From sequence record OZ196212.1: a stretch of DNA of 64,000 nucleotides; one strand, written 5' to 3'. Both the position numbers and the translations under genes were made by a program. This document shows positions 47,504-56,668 of the stretch, in pieces. The notes beneath the pieces were generated by a model that was not told the DNA's origin, did not search any database, and saw only the letters and a list, made by a program, of their open reading frames with translations. The stretch's first letter is position 1. The number at the start of each line of letters is the position of its first letter.

Positions 47504-48403
47504 ATGGAAAATTACTTAAATTTGTGTCAAGACATTCTTGACAATGGTGACGAACTAGAGAATCGCACGGGCACGAAAACGCTCAGTGTGATTTCTCGTG
47601 AGCTTCGATGGGACTTGAGTAAAGGTTTCCCTTTGCTGACAACTAAGAAAATGGCAACTAAAGCTATTATCGGTGAGTTGTTGTGGTTCTTGAAAGGATC
47701 AGGTTCAATTGCTGAACTACGCAAATACACGAATCTGACCGACGAACAGTTCTGTATCTGGCAGCAAAATCTAGATGAGCTGAACGAACGTGCGAAGAAA
47801 GCAGGTATTGTGCGTAACGAAGACGACCTTGGCTACGTTTACGGTAAAGTTTGGCGCAAACGCTTGTCTGTGAATGCAGATAAAGAAGTCGTTGAGTTCG
47901 ACCAGATTCATCAACTACTGTGTGATATCGCAGACGTTAAAGCTGATCCAGCGAAGTCTGCACAGCGTCGTATGCTAGTAGAAGCATGGGACCCGCACTT
48001 CCATACTGAAGAGAATTCGCTTGATGTTGCACTGCCACCGTGTCATTACGGCTTTCAAGTGTTCGTACGCAACGGCAGAATCTCTCTAAAGTGGAATCAG
48101 CGTTCAGTTGATACATTCTTGGGCTTGCCGTTCAACATCGCGTCATACGCGCTTCTAGTGCATATTCTAGCGCAGTTGACTGGTCTTAAAGTCGGTGAGT
48201 TGATTTTCAGTGGCGGTGATGTGCATCTTTACGAAGATCACGTGCTGCAAGTTCTGAAACAGCTACGACGTGAGCCACGCACGCTACCGCAAATTCAGTT
48301 ACCTGAGTTTGACACGCTTAATCAGTTGTTGACAAAGACCGCGAAAGACTTTGTTATCTACGACTACAACCCATACCCAGCATTGAAAGGTAAGATGTCA
48401 TGA
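47504..48403 (+). CDS. td: Thymidylate synthase
   Basis: NRTGT, GFPLLTTKK, ELLWFLKG, LGYVYG, ALPPCH, QRSVDTFLGLPFNIASY, GDVHLYEDH; no intron. Confidence 0.97.
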   Translation: MENYLNLCQDILDNGDELENRTGTKTLSVISRELRWDLSKGFPLLTTKKMATKAIIGELLWFLKGSGSIAELRKYTNLTDEQFCIWQQNLDELNERAKKAGIVRNEDDLGYVYGKVWRKRLSVNADKEVVEFDQIHQLLCDIADVKADPAKSAQRRMLVEAWDPHFHTEENSLDVALPPCHYGFQVFVRNGRISLKWNQRSVDTFLGLPFNIASYALLVHILAQLTGLKVGELIFSGGDVHLYEDHVLQVLKQLRREPRTLPQIQLPEFDTLNQLLTKTAKDFVIYDYNPYPALKGKMS

Positions 48404-48690
48404 GTTTAGCAGTATATGCAGAAGTAGACACGAACGACGGTGACTACGTTGGTGATTTGAAAGCTCTCACGTCAGAAGAAGTTGAGCGACTTGAAGAACT
48501 CGTTCATCGTTCAGGTGATAGCCTAGCAAGTTGGACAGAGGGCGAATGTCAAACGCGCTCGAATCATCTAGTATACCCGTGTTTCAACGACGAAGAGCTT
48601 GCATTCATTAGTGAATGTCTTCCGAATCCAGAATACGGCTTTCACACAGTCGAAACAATCAAAATCGTCAAAATTCTAAACACGCTATAA
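48400..48690 (+). CDS. Hypothetical protein (96 aa)
   Basis: ATGA overlap with the td stop. Confidence 0.68.
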   Translation: MSLAVYAEVDTNDGDYVGDLKALTSEEVERLEELVHRSGDSLASWTEGECQTRSNHLVYPCFNDEELAFISECLPNPEYGFHTVETIKIVKILNTL

Positions 48691-48712
48691 GCGTAAACAT
48701 GAGAAACACATT

Positions 48713-48916
48713 ATGAAAAGCACAGTTAATTACTTCGATCTTAAAGTCGGTACTGAAGTTCTAGTCATCAATCGCGTTGACGAGTATGACGGTGAGAAAC
48801 TACCACTTGCATATAGCGAGTGCGTAGCGAAAGACGACTATCGCATTCAGAACGGTGAGCCGCTAACAAACGGTAAGATTCACTACATGTACGACTTTGA
48901 ACTGAGTGGTGAATAG
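48713..48916 (+). CDS. Hypothetical protein (67 aa)
   Basis: Leader GAGAAACACATTATG. Confidence 0.65.
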   Translation: MKSTVNYFDLKVGTEVLVINRVDEYDGEKLPLAYSECVAKDDYRIQNGEPLTNGKIHYMYDFELSGE

Positions 48917-49120
48917 ATGACCGGTAAGTTCTTCGATGCACTTGTCGTTGGTATCTTGCTAATTGTCGCGCTTACTGCACTCAGTGGGTTGCTCGGCATT
49001 GGTCTAATCGCGTTTGGTATCTTTCTAGTGTCAATTGGCTGGATGTATACGGGTGCCTTTCTGTCAATCGTGGGAGTTTTCTTACTTCTATTGATGGTGC
49101 TATTACGGCAAGATCTGTAA
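48917..49120 (+). CDS. Small membrane protein (67 aa, two hydrophobic helices)
   Basis: Almost entirely hydrophobic; abuts the previous stop. Confidence 0.65.
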   Translation: MTGKFFDALVVGILLIVALTALSGLLGIGLIAFGIFLVSIGWMYTGAFLSIVGVFLLLLMVLLRQDL

Positions 49121-49138
49121 AAACGAAAATAATTGAAA

Positions 49139-49175
49139 AAAAGGGTTGCTTCGGCAGCCCTTTTCGCGTTATATT
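49139..49175 (+). promoter_or_regulatory. Terminator hairpin fused with an early promoter (TTGCTT-18-TATATT)
   Basis: AAAAGGGTTGC-TTCG-GCAGCCCTTTT contains the -35 hexamer. Confidence 0.7.
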
Positions 49176-49218
49176 AGCTCTATCGCAACGACGCGACCAA
49201 AAACAAAGAGAGAACATT

Positions 49219-49545
49219 ATGACTGACCTAACTAAATTCGACATCACATTCGCAACTCTTAAAGTAGTTTACTCTGACGTTGACCACCAGAAAGTAGCAA
49301 TGCGCCTTGAAGATGGTACTATCTTAATGCACGACACGCTGTTCACTGACCTAAAAGGTACTTACTGCGTTACTAGCACTCTTCCAAGCACTAAGCGCGA
49401 AATGAAGTGCCAGTGGGCAGGTCACGAATCAGCTAAACTAATCGACGCTATCAACGCTCAAGGTACTGTAAATCTACACTACTGGAATCAAGCTGACGAA
49501 GCAGATTACGAGCTTTTCCAACTAATCCCAGCATTCGAGGGTTAA
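49219..49545 (+). CDS. Early hypothetical protein (108 aa)
   Basis: Leader GAGAGAACATTATG; highly expressed-type codon usage. Confidence 0.78.
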   Translation: MTDLTKFDITFATLKVVYSDVDHQKVAMRLEDGTILMHDTLFTDLKGTYCVTSTLPSTKREMKCQWAGHESAKLIDAINAQGTVNLHYWNQADEADYELFQLIPAFEG

Positions 49546-49547
49546 TC

Positions 49548-49940
49548 ATGAGCGTAATCTTCTGGGAAATGAAAATCGAGAAACTGGCGCACATGGTGCG
49601 TCAAGTTCGAAATCTTGGCGAGTTCGCTTCGATGTCAAACGGTACGATGTCTCTCAGCACGTCTCTAACGCGTTCTACGCTCAATCGCGAAGTTAAGCAT
49701 GAATGTGCTGACTACAACGACAAAGACGCTGACACTGACTTACAGCTCGATCAGCTAGTGTATTTGGGTCTGCGTGAGCGTGCTTACGAATACAAATGTA
49801 CTTTGATGCGTCGCAACAACGAAATTTCACTTGACGATAAGCGTAAACTATGCGATTTTATTCGTTCAGCGTTTGACATCAAAGCGCACACCGACGAAGA
49901 ATGGTCTGACGTACTACAACAATTCAATATCGAGGAATAA
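49548..49940 (+). CDS. Hypothetical protein (130 aa)
   Basis: SD GAGG; coupled ORF. Confidence 0.7.
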   Translation: MSVIFWEMKIEKLAHMVRQVRNLGEFASMSNGTMSLSTSLTRSTLNREVKHECADYNDKDADTDLQLDQLVYLGLRERAYEYKCTLMRRNNEISLDDKRKLCDFIRSAFDIKAHTDEEWSDVLQQFNIEE

Positions 49941-49943
49941 ATT

Positions 49944-50660
49944 ATGTCTAGCTTCAACACCAAAAAAGCAGAATGTGAAAAACGCGGTATCGCTTTCAAC
50001 TTCACGAAAGATCAGTGGAACGAGCTGCAAGCTATGAAGAGTGGCGGCAAATGTGCTTACACTGGTCAGGGTTTTCAAACGAAAGGTAAACTTCTAGCGA
50101 CTGTTGAACGCATCGACGAGAACAAGCCGTACGAGCCAACGAACTGTGTTCTAGTAACTTCACATGCAAATGGTGTGAAATGTCGTTACATTGAGCAGAA
50201 GCAATCACAAGCGTCAATCACACCAGAAGACAAACACACGCTTAAAACGATTAAGAACGCTCTTTCTGATGAAAAAAGCATGGAGAAGAAGCTGCAAACT
50301 TATTTGAATGCGTACTCTGGCGATGTTACTGCGACTGACAGCGGTCTGTGTGACTTAGACGTTACTGAGCTTTACGTAGAATATGCACGCAAAGCAATGC
50401 GTACGGGTAAAGGGTTTGACATCACCATCAACGATTTCAAGCGCACATTGTCGCGCAAACGTTGTGAAGTGAGCAAGATCTTGCTACCGAACATGAAACA
50501 ACGTGTGATTCGTGTAATCGACGAAGACAAACCAGTGTCGAAAGACAATATTCAAGTAACATCACAGCAAGTAAGCGACATCATCGATTCAATCTTGGCA
50601 TTGAACATGACTACTGCGCAGAAGAAAGCAATGATCGCAAACATGGGAGAAGCGAAATGA
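49944..50660 (+). CDS. srd: Srd-like protein (T4 srd family)
   Basis: KRGIAFNF...KCAYTGQGF...TVERIDENKPY..N..LV resembles the T4 Srd N-terminus; a degenerate second copy follows. Confidence 0.65.
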   Translation: MSSFNTKKAECEKRGIAFNFTKDQWNELQAMKSGGKCAYTGQGFQTKGKLLATVERIDENKPYEPTNCVLVTSHANGVKCRYIEQKQSQASITPEDKHTLKTIKNALSDEKSMEKKLQTYLNAYSGDVTATDSGLCDLDVTELYVEYARKAMRTGKGFDITINDFKRTLSRKRCEVSKILLPNMKQRVIRVIDEDKPVSKDNIQVTSQQVSDIIDSILALNMTTAQKKAMIANMGEAK

Positions 50661-50914
50661 GCACATTGTTAAACATGGGAAAAGGCGTTTACACTGTGGT
50701 AAACGTCAGTGGCATCCCGCTCGTCATCGACCACGAAATCGAGTATGTGACTGTTGATAAGAATGGTGAAGTGCATGGTTGGTCAGAAGCGCGTCCGTAT
50801 TACGACGAAGACGAACAAACTTGGTCGACGTTCGAGCTGTATGGCGACAAATGGCATTTAGCTACAATCACTGACCCACAAGACTGTGGTGAACTAATCG
50901 AGGTGTACCCGTGA
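50657..50914 (+). CDS. Hypothetical protein (85 aa)
   Basis: ATGA overlap; YVTVDKNGEVHGWSEARP pattern. Confidence 0.68.
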   Translation: MSTLLNMGKGVYTVVNVSGIPLVIDHEIEYVTVDKNGEVHGWSEARPYYDEDEQTWSTFELYGDKWHLATITDPQDCGELIEVYP

Positions 50915-51267
50915 CCCCAACTAAGCAAGAAATTTTAGAACTGATTCAGCGTGAATATACGAGTCGTGACGAATACGACCCGAAATTCACAATGGGTTTC
51001 TTTGTAATTCCCATGATTCGAATCAAAGCCGATATGAAGAATTGCATAGCAGCGATGACAGCACAAGTGCTCGAAACGGTGCAAGAAATGACTGGCATGA
51101 CACCCGAAGAGACTGCATACTGGTTTTATAACCACGCAGAAACGAAGCAATTCGCGGGTGAAACTCATGACACAGTTGATGGTGATATGGTTGCATATTA
51201 CTTTGGCGTGCATGTTCCTTATAACTTGCACAAAGACTACGACCCGAAATTCGAGACGATTCACTAA
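50911..51267 (+). CDS. Hypothetical protein (118 aa), paralog of the next gene
   Basis: SD GAGG, GTG start. Confidence 0.7.
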   Translation: MTPTKQEILELIQREYTSRDEYDPKFTMGFFVIPMIRIKADMKNCIAAMTAQVLETVQEMTGMTPEETAYWFYNHAETKQFAGETHDTVDGDMVAYYFGVHVPYNLHKDYDPKFETIH

Positions 51268-51620
51268 TGAATATGCAATTACACATGCAGCGTCTAGCGC
51301 GTGAATATCGCAATAGCGACAATAACATCCCTGGTATGCATCTTGATATCTTCGCGATTCCAGACGATGATGGCGGTATCGACCACACTTACGTTCAGCG
51401 TGTCATTGATCTTGTTGTTGATGAGATCATGAAGCACACTGGTTGGAATCGAACTGAAGCACGTGAATGGTTTCGCGATTCAGATATCGACACATGGTTC
51501 GGTGAATCGTTTGAATTCGACGACGAGTTGCAGCACACGTTTTATGTGCGCTACGATTTGCCATCTAAACTTAAAGAATACCAACAAGGTATGAAAACAA
51601 CAATGGAAGTAAAATATTGA
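51267..51620 (+). CDS. Hypothetical protein (117 aa), paralog of the previous gene
   Basis: TAATG overlap. Confidence 0.7.
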   Translation: MNMQLHMQRLAREYRNSDNNIPGMHLDIFAIPDDDGGIDHTYVQRVIDLVVDEIMKHTGWNRTEAREWFRDSDIDTWFGESFEFDDELQHTFYVRYDLPSKLKEYQQGMKTTMEVKY

Positions 51621-52390
51621 GAATTTTTATCTTTAGCGGTGCGGGGCTTGATGCCGAATCTGGGATTAGCACGTTCCGAGACGCAAACGGGTTGTGGGAA
51701 AATCACGACATCATGGAAGTTTGCAACATTCGCACATTCGCGAACAACTACGATACGACGCATCGTTTCTACAATCAGCGACGCGTAGACCTAGCGAACG
51801 TTGAGCCGAATTCTGCTCACTTCAAGATTGCAGAGCTATGCAAGAAATTCGACGTGGACAACTACACTGCGAACGTATCTGACTTGCTTGAGCGTGCGGG
51901 CTGTGAAGACGTGAAGCACATTCATGGGTTCTTACCCGAAATCGTGCTTGATTACGGCAGTCCAGAGCCAGAGATCGTGAATATCGGTTATACTGAGCAC
52001 AAACTACGCAAAGGTCGCAAAGACAAGCCGAACGTTGTTTTCTTTGGCGAAGGCGCACCGATGTATACTCAGTTCTGGGGCGACATTGACACGCTATTGC
52101 CGACTGACATCGTGATCATTGTCGGTAGTACGCTTGAGATCAACCCGATTCATTGGGATATTCCCTCGACTGGTGCGAAATTCATCTTAATCAACCCAAC
52201 TGGTATAGATACTGAAAAGCACACTTCACTAAACGAAGCGATTCGTATGTGTGACGTGTTCATTCAGAAACCTGCCACAGAGGCGTTCGATGAAATTGAC
52301 CAACATATTAATGAGCATATTGATCTTCATTACCCAGATGGTTTACCTGATCGTTTTATCCGTGACCGTAGTGGGTATTTCGACTACTAG
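51617..52390 (+). CDS. Sir2/CobB-family NAD+-dependent deacylase
   Basis: SGAGLDAESGISTFRD, EPN.AH, NV.DLLERAG, HIHG, KPNVVFFGE, IVGSTLEI, INP motifs. Confidence 0.92.
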   Translation: MRIFIFSGAGLDAESGISTFRDANGLWENHDIMEVCNIRTFANNYDTTHRFYNQRRVDLANVEPNSAHFKIAELCKKFDVDNYTANVSDLLERAGCEDVKHIHGFLPEIVLDYGSPEPEIVNIGYTEHKLRKGRKDKPNVVFFGEGAPMYTQFWGDIDTLLPTDIVIIVGSTLEINPIHWDIPSTGAKFILINPTGIDTEKHTSLNEAIRMCDVFIQKPATEAFDEIDQHINEHIDLHYPDGLPDRFIRDRSGYFDY

Positions 52391-52514
52391 TGTGTTCTTA
52401 CTGATAAGTGCATTTTTACTGTTTCTAGATAAGATGTATATTATGTCGCTACTGTGTTGTATAGTAGCGGCATTGTTATTGATAATCTATGTGAAAATTA
52501 GTGAGGTAAATTAA
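52338..52514 (+). CDS. Small membrane protein (start uncertain)
   Basis: Hydrophobic ORF filling the gap between the sirtuin and topoisomerase genes. Confidence 0.45.
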   Translation: MVYLIVLSVTVVGISTTSVFLLISAFLLFLDKMYIMSLLCCIVAALLLIIYVKISEVN

Positions 52515-54346
52515 TGGATTTGACTAAATTCGGCGCATCGGAAGAACCTGAAGCAAAAGACAACTTTCAGATTGTAACTGATAAAGAACACGTACTCATG
52601 CGACCGGGCATGTATGTGGGTTCGGTTGATAAAGAAGCGCACAGTCGATTCGTGTCTGGTGAATATCGCTCGATTGAATACGTACCGGGGTTGGTGAAAA
52701 TCATCAACGAAGTAATCGATAACTGTATCGATGAAGCGATTCGTACCGAGTTCAAGTTCGCGAATCTCGTTGAAGTTAAAATCGATGGCAATCGCGTAAT
52801 CGTTGCTGATAACGGTCGCGGTATTCCGCAACATGAAGTCACAGACCCGCATGGCAAAAAGCTGCTTCAACCAGAAGCTGCATGGACCCGCACAAAAGCA
52901 GGTAGTAACTTCTCAGATGATCGTACGACTGTGGGTATGAATGGCGTTGGTGCTGCACTGACAAACTTCTTCAGTCATTCGTTCAAAGGCGTTACATGTG
53001 ACGGTAAGAACACAGTACACGTGACTTGCTCAAACAACGCTGACCGAATCTTTGTTCGCAAAGTGAAAGGCGGCAAGCAAGGTACTTCTGTTGAGTTCAT
53101 CCCCGACTTCAATCGTTTCGGTGTGTTCGGCATTTCGCCAGAAGACGTATCAATCATCAAAGACCGTATTGAATCGCTGTCAGTAGCTTATCCCGAGATC
53201 ACGTTCAAGTTTAACGGCAAGAAACTGAGTCCGACACTGAAACAATATGCAAAGCAGTTCAATACTGAAGTTGCGTTCGAGTTTGAAGATGTCGCGTGCT
53301 TCATTGCGAAGTCACCGGCTGAAGAGTTCAAGCAGAACAGTTTCGTGAATGGTGTTCAGACAGTAAATGGCGGTACACACGTTGATTACTTTATGAACAA
53401 GCTTGCAGACGAAATCATTCCGATGGTTAAGCGCAAGCACAAAGTCGCTGTTCCAAAGCCGCAACTGAAGAACGGCTTGACGTGTGGCTTGTTCATTCGT
53501 GGGTTTGTTGACCCGAAGTTCGATAGTCAGACTAAAGAGCGTCTAACGTCAGCACAGAGCGCAGTGTCACCGTACTTGAAAGATCTTGACTACGATAAGA
53601 TTGCCAAGAAAGTGTTAGCTGATGACGATATCGTATTGCCGATTATCGAAGCACTGATCGCGAAGCAGAACGCAGCGGAAGCGCGTGAGTTAGCAAAGCA
53701 GCAAAAGAAAGCAGCTAATGCGAAAGTAGCTGATCACATCAAAGCATCCCAACCCGGTGGAACGTTGTTCTTGACGGAAGGTAAGTCAGCGATTGGTTAT
53801 CTACTGAAAGTACGCGATAGCAAGCTTCACGGTGGTATGCCGTTGCGCGGTAAGGTACTGAGCACGTGGGGCAAGAAGCCCGCAGCAATAATGGCTAACA
53901 AAGAGCTACGCGATATCATGAATGTGTTGAACATTCGTCTAGGCGATGATAACATACGTGATATGTACTACAAAGATATCGGTATTCTAGTTGATGCTGA
54001 TGTCGATGGTAAAGGCAGTATCTTCCCGTTGCTACTTGCATTCTTCTATCAATGGCCCGAGCTGTATAAGCAGCGTCGAATCAAATTCGTTCGTACGCCA
54101 GTGGTAATTGCTGCAAAAGGCAAAGAAGTTAAGTGGTTCTACACGATTGACGACTATCGTCGTGCTAAATTGACGAAAACATGGAAGATTCGATACATCA
54201 AAGGGCTTGGTTCACTCACTGAGAAAGAATACAAGCGCGTAATCAATGAACCAGTGTATGACGAAATCGTAATCGATGACCCTAGTTGCTTCGAATTGCT
54301 GTTCGGTGATGACACTGATAAACGTAAGGAATGGATGACTGGATGA
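52514..54346 (+). CDS. 39+60: DNA topoisomerase II large (GyrB-like) subunit, gp39 and gp60 fused
   Basis: HVLMRPGMYVG, EVIDNCIDE, DNGRGIP, GMNGVGA GHKL motifs; LTEGKSA, PLRGK, DADVDG TOPRIM; RYIKGLGS. Confidence 0.96.
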   Translation: MDLTKFGASEEPEAKDNFQIVTDKEHVLMRPGMYVGSVDKEAHSRFVSGEYRSIEYVPGLVKIINEVIDNCIDEAIRTEFKFANLVEVKIDGNRVIVADNGRGIPQHEVTDPHGKKLLQPEAAWTRTKAGSNFSDDRTTVGMNGVGAALTNFFSHSFKGVTCDGKNTVHVTCSNNADRIFVRKVKGGKQGTSVEFIPDFNRFGVFGISPEDVSIIKDRIESLSVAYPEITFKFNGKKLSPTLKQYAKQFNTEVAFEFEDVACFIAKSPAEEFKQNSFVNGVQTVNGGTHVDYFMNKLADEIIPMVKRKHKVAVPKPQLKNGLTCGLFIRGFVDPKFDSQTKERLTSAQSAVSPYLKDLDYDKIAKKVLADDDIVLPIIEALIAKQNAAEARELAKQQKKAANAKVADHIKASQPGGTLFLTEGKSAIGYLLKVRDSKLHGGMPLRGKVLSTWGKKPAAIMANKELRDIMNVLNIRLGDDNIRDMYYKDIGILVDADVDGKGSIFPLLLAFFYQWPELYKQRRIKFVRTPVVIAAKGKEVKWFYTIDDYRRAKLTKTWKIRYIKGLGSLTEKEYKRVINEPVYDEIVIDDPSCFELLFGDDTDKRKEWMTG

Positions 54347-54573
54347 TTTCAGCAAAAGAAGCAAAAGCTAGATTGAAGACTGAACCTCAAGCTGTCACGG
54401 CAGCTTTAGAGGAGCTTGATTTAGCTGTTCAAATCGCGTCAGCAACGAAGACACGCGTTGACTATCGTACTGACAAACTAACTGAATCAGAGCGCGGGAT
54501 TCTTCGTAACAAGCTTATCAGCTTAGGTTACGATGCGTTCATCGCTGGTGAAAAGCTAGAGGTAATGTGGTAA
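54343..54573 (+). CDS. Hypothetical protein (76 aa)
   Basis: ATGA overlap with the topoisomerase stop; ends LGY...LEV.W like two downstream ORFs. Confidence 0.7.
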   Translation: MISAKEAKARLKTEPQAVTAALEELDLAVQIASATKTRVDYRTDKLTESERGILRNKLISLGYDAFIAGEKLEVMW

Positions 54574-54782
54574 TGAGAGAAGTCTTAGATAGCTATACCA
54601 AGGTGTGTGCTGATTATCGCACCGACCTGAACGAAATTTCTGTATCACAATCCGATTACTATATCGTGCAACTGTATGCGATTCTAGTTACACTCGGGTT
54701 CGCAGTCGAGACAATCATTTTCTGGTTGTTCGTTGCAATCGTGTATGCACCAATCGCGCTAATTGGCGGGTGGGTTAAATAA
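54573..54782 (+). CDS. Hypothetical membrane protein
   Basis: TAATG overlap; C-terminal hydrophobic stretch. Confidence 0.62.
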   Translation: MREVLDSYTKVCADYRTDLNEISVSQSDYYIVQLYAILVTLGFAVETIIFWLFVAIVYAPIALIGGWVK

Positions 54783-54791
54783 GAGACGGAG

Positions 54792-55070
54792 GTGGCAATT
54801 ATGCTCAAGTCTTTTATAGAACACGATAGATTCACAGAAATGACGTACCAAGAGTTGCGTGATCTCACGATCAATGAGATTCACGCGCTCGTTCGCAAGC
54901 TGAAGAAACAGCTTCCGAAGAAGTACAAAGATATTATCGACGAAATCGAAGTCGATATGTATGAAGATCTTATCGCGGAAATCGCTTATAACGGTGGTTT
55001 GCGAGGTAAGAAATTCACAAACATGGCAATTCCTAAGAAAATCTTAGACAGGTATGCCGATTATTACTAA
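54792..55070 (+). CDS. Hypothetical protein (92 aa)
   Basis: SD GGAGG region; coupled ORF. Confidence 0.68.
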   Translation: MAIMLKSFIEHDRFTEMTYQELRDLTINEIHALVRKLKKQLPKKYKDIIDEIEVDMYEDLIAEIAYNGGLRGKKFTNMAIPKKILDRYADYY

Positions 55071-55084
55071 GTGAGAACCATATT

Positions 55085-55489
55085 ATGTATGATGCTGCAT
55101 CAATGAGAGCACGTTTTCAACCAAAAGAAGACAAGACGATAACCGAAGCACGTGAACTGTTGCAAAGCCACTTGTACGATACGATGCAATTGGTCGAATC
55201 AGTAAGTCATGACTCGCTTGAACTCAAATACGCGCTCCCTGCGTTTCTGTACGAGGCGTATTCGGAAGAGTTGCGCAATCTTGGTTACAACGTGTATGTG
55301 ATCAAAGATACGATTGTGACCAATCCGCACCCAATTGATTTTCGAGCACCTGCTTTCCCTCGTCCGGGTTTCATCGACGTGCGATGCGTAGACGAAAAAG
55401 AAGCGATGACTCACGTTAACACGATCATGAAGCTACATGGTATCAAACATACAATTGCTTTAGAAATCAACTGGAGACGCAAATCATGA
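55085..55489 (+). CDS. Hypothetical protein (134 aa)
   Basis: SD GAGA; LRNLGY...LEINW end. Confidence 0.7.
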   Translation: MYDAASMRARFQPKEDKTITEARELLQSHLYDTMQLVESVSHDSLELKYALPAFLYEAYSEELRNLGYNVYVIKDTIVTNPHPIDFRAPAFPRPGFIDVRCVDEKEAMTHVNTIMKLHGIKHTIALEINWRRKS

Positions 55490-55746
55490 TTGATGCAACA
55501 AAAGCACGCGTAGATGCAATCCGCGCAATAGAGAAACAGATTGATGCTGAAGATCTTGATTGGCTCGACGATGAAATTCGAGCAGCATCGAAAGCCGGAC
55601 GCTTTTTCATAAACGTTCACCTAGCTGATCAGCTACCAAACACTACAGGCAATCGTCACTTGCGAACGCTGCTTGAGTATTTGAAACTGAAAGGCTACAA
55701 CGCGTATTTCGTCGGTACTAACTTGGAGATTAAATGGCAGATTTAA
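55486..55746 (+). CDS. Hypothetical protein (86 aa)
   Basis: ATGA overlap; LKLKGY...LEIKW end. Confidence 0.7.
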   Translation: MIDATKARVDAIRAIEKQIDAEDLDWLDDEIRAASKAGRFFINVHLADQLPNTTGNRHLRTLLEYLKLKGYNAYFVGTNLEIKWQI

Positions 55747-56462
55747 AGGTTTACTATTGTAGCGACGTTCACAATGACTATCACACTGAGAACGCGCTAG
55801 AACGCATCACGGGCGACAAAACGGCTGTACTGGTAGTAGCGGGCGACATTAACAGCAAAGGGCGCACAGTGCGCGATTTAGAAGCTGTAGCCGACCGTTG
55901 GCGTGCAGTCATCGCAGTACCTGGCAATCACGACTGGTGGGGTTTAGCTCTTCATGAGCGACATAAATTCGATTCAGAGGTTGACAATGTACACGTATTG
56001 CTTGAAAATACAGTTCAGATAGACGACGTTACATTCTGTGGCACTACACTATGGCACGCTATTCCAGATTGGTTTGCGGGTCAGAAGTGGAAAGACACTA
56101 TGAACGACCGCAAGAAGATTCGTGGACGCTTGTATAAGCGACTTTACGGTGAAGAAATTCACTCAACGCATCTTGATTGTGTCAAGTTCATAACAGATTG
56201 TACGAAAATATCAGGTAAGAAAGTGCTGATCACGCATCACGCGATGTCGCCTCAGTCAATTTCAACCGAGTATGCGGGTTCGTCTACTAATATTTTTTAC
56301 TACACGCCATTAGAGCATTTGTTGAAGCATTTCAACTACCACATTCATGGTCATATACATCAAGAAAAAGATTACATGGTTGGTTTGTGTAACGTTGTAT
56401 GTAATCCGCGAGCCTATGGTACTGAAAATGATGAATACGGAATAAGGATTCTGGACATATGA
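55734..56462 (+). CDS. Calcineurin-like metallophosphoesterase
   Basis: SDVH, AGDI, PGNHD, ITHH, IHGHIH motifs. Confidence 0.9.
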   Translation: MADLKVYYCSDVHNDYHTENALERITGDKTAVLVVAGDINSKGRTVRDLEAVADRWRAVIAVPGNHDWWGLALHERHKFDSEVDNVHVLLENTVQIDDVTFCGTTLWHAIPDWFAGQKWKDTMNDRKKIRGRLYKRLYGEEIHSTHLDCVKFITDCTKISGKKVLITHHAMSPQSISTEYAGSSTNIFYYTPLEHLLKHFNYHIHGHIHQEKDYMVGLCNVVCNPRAYGTENDEYGIRILDI

Positions 56463-56668
56463 TGATTTTACTTTACATTCTATTGGGCTTTCTACTAACT
56501 GCACTCGTTGGCGACACTGTGCGCAGTCGTTACGTACTACAAGCAGAATCGATGGGCAAGACGCCACTACCGATGAATTTCTTCATTATTACGTGTGTTT
56601 TGATTCTGCCAATCTGTCTATTGCTGCTTGGCATCAAGAAAGTGCTACAATTCTTCAAATTTATGTAG
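56459..56668 (+). CDS. Membrane protein (69 aa)
   Basis: Two hydrophobic segments; ATGA overlap. Confidence 0.62.
   Translation: MMILLYILLGFLLTALVGDTVRSRYVLQAESMGKTPLPMNFFIITCVLILPICLLLLGIKKVLQFFKFM

Noticed and set aside
49944-50660. HNH homing endonuclease
   Set aside because: It has a beta-beta-alpha-like pattern but no catalytic His (TVERID), and it resembles T4 Srd more closely.
52514-54346. T4 gene 60 translational bypass
   Set aside because: gp39 and gp60 sequences form one uninterrupted 610-aa frame.
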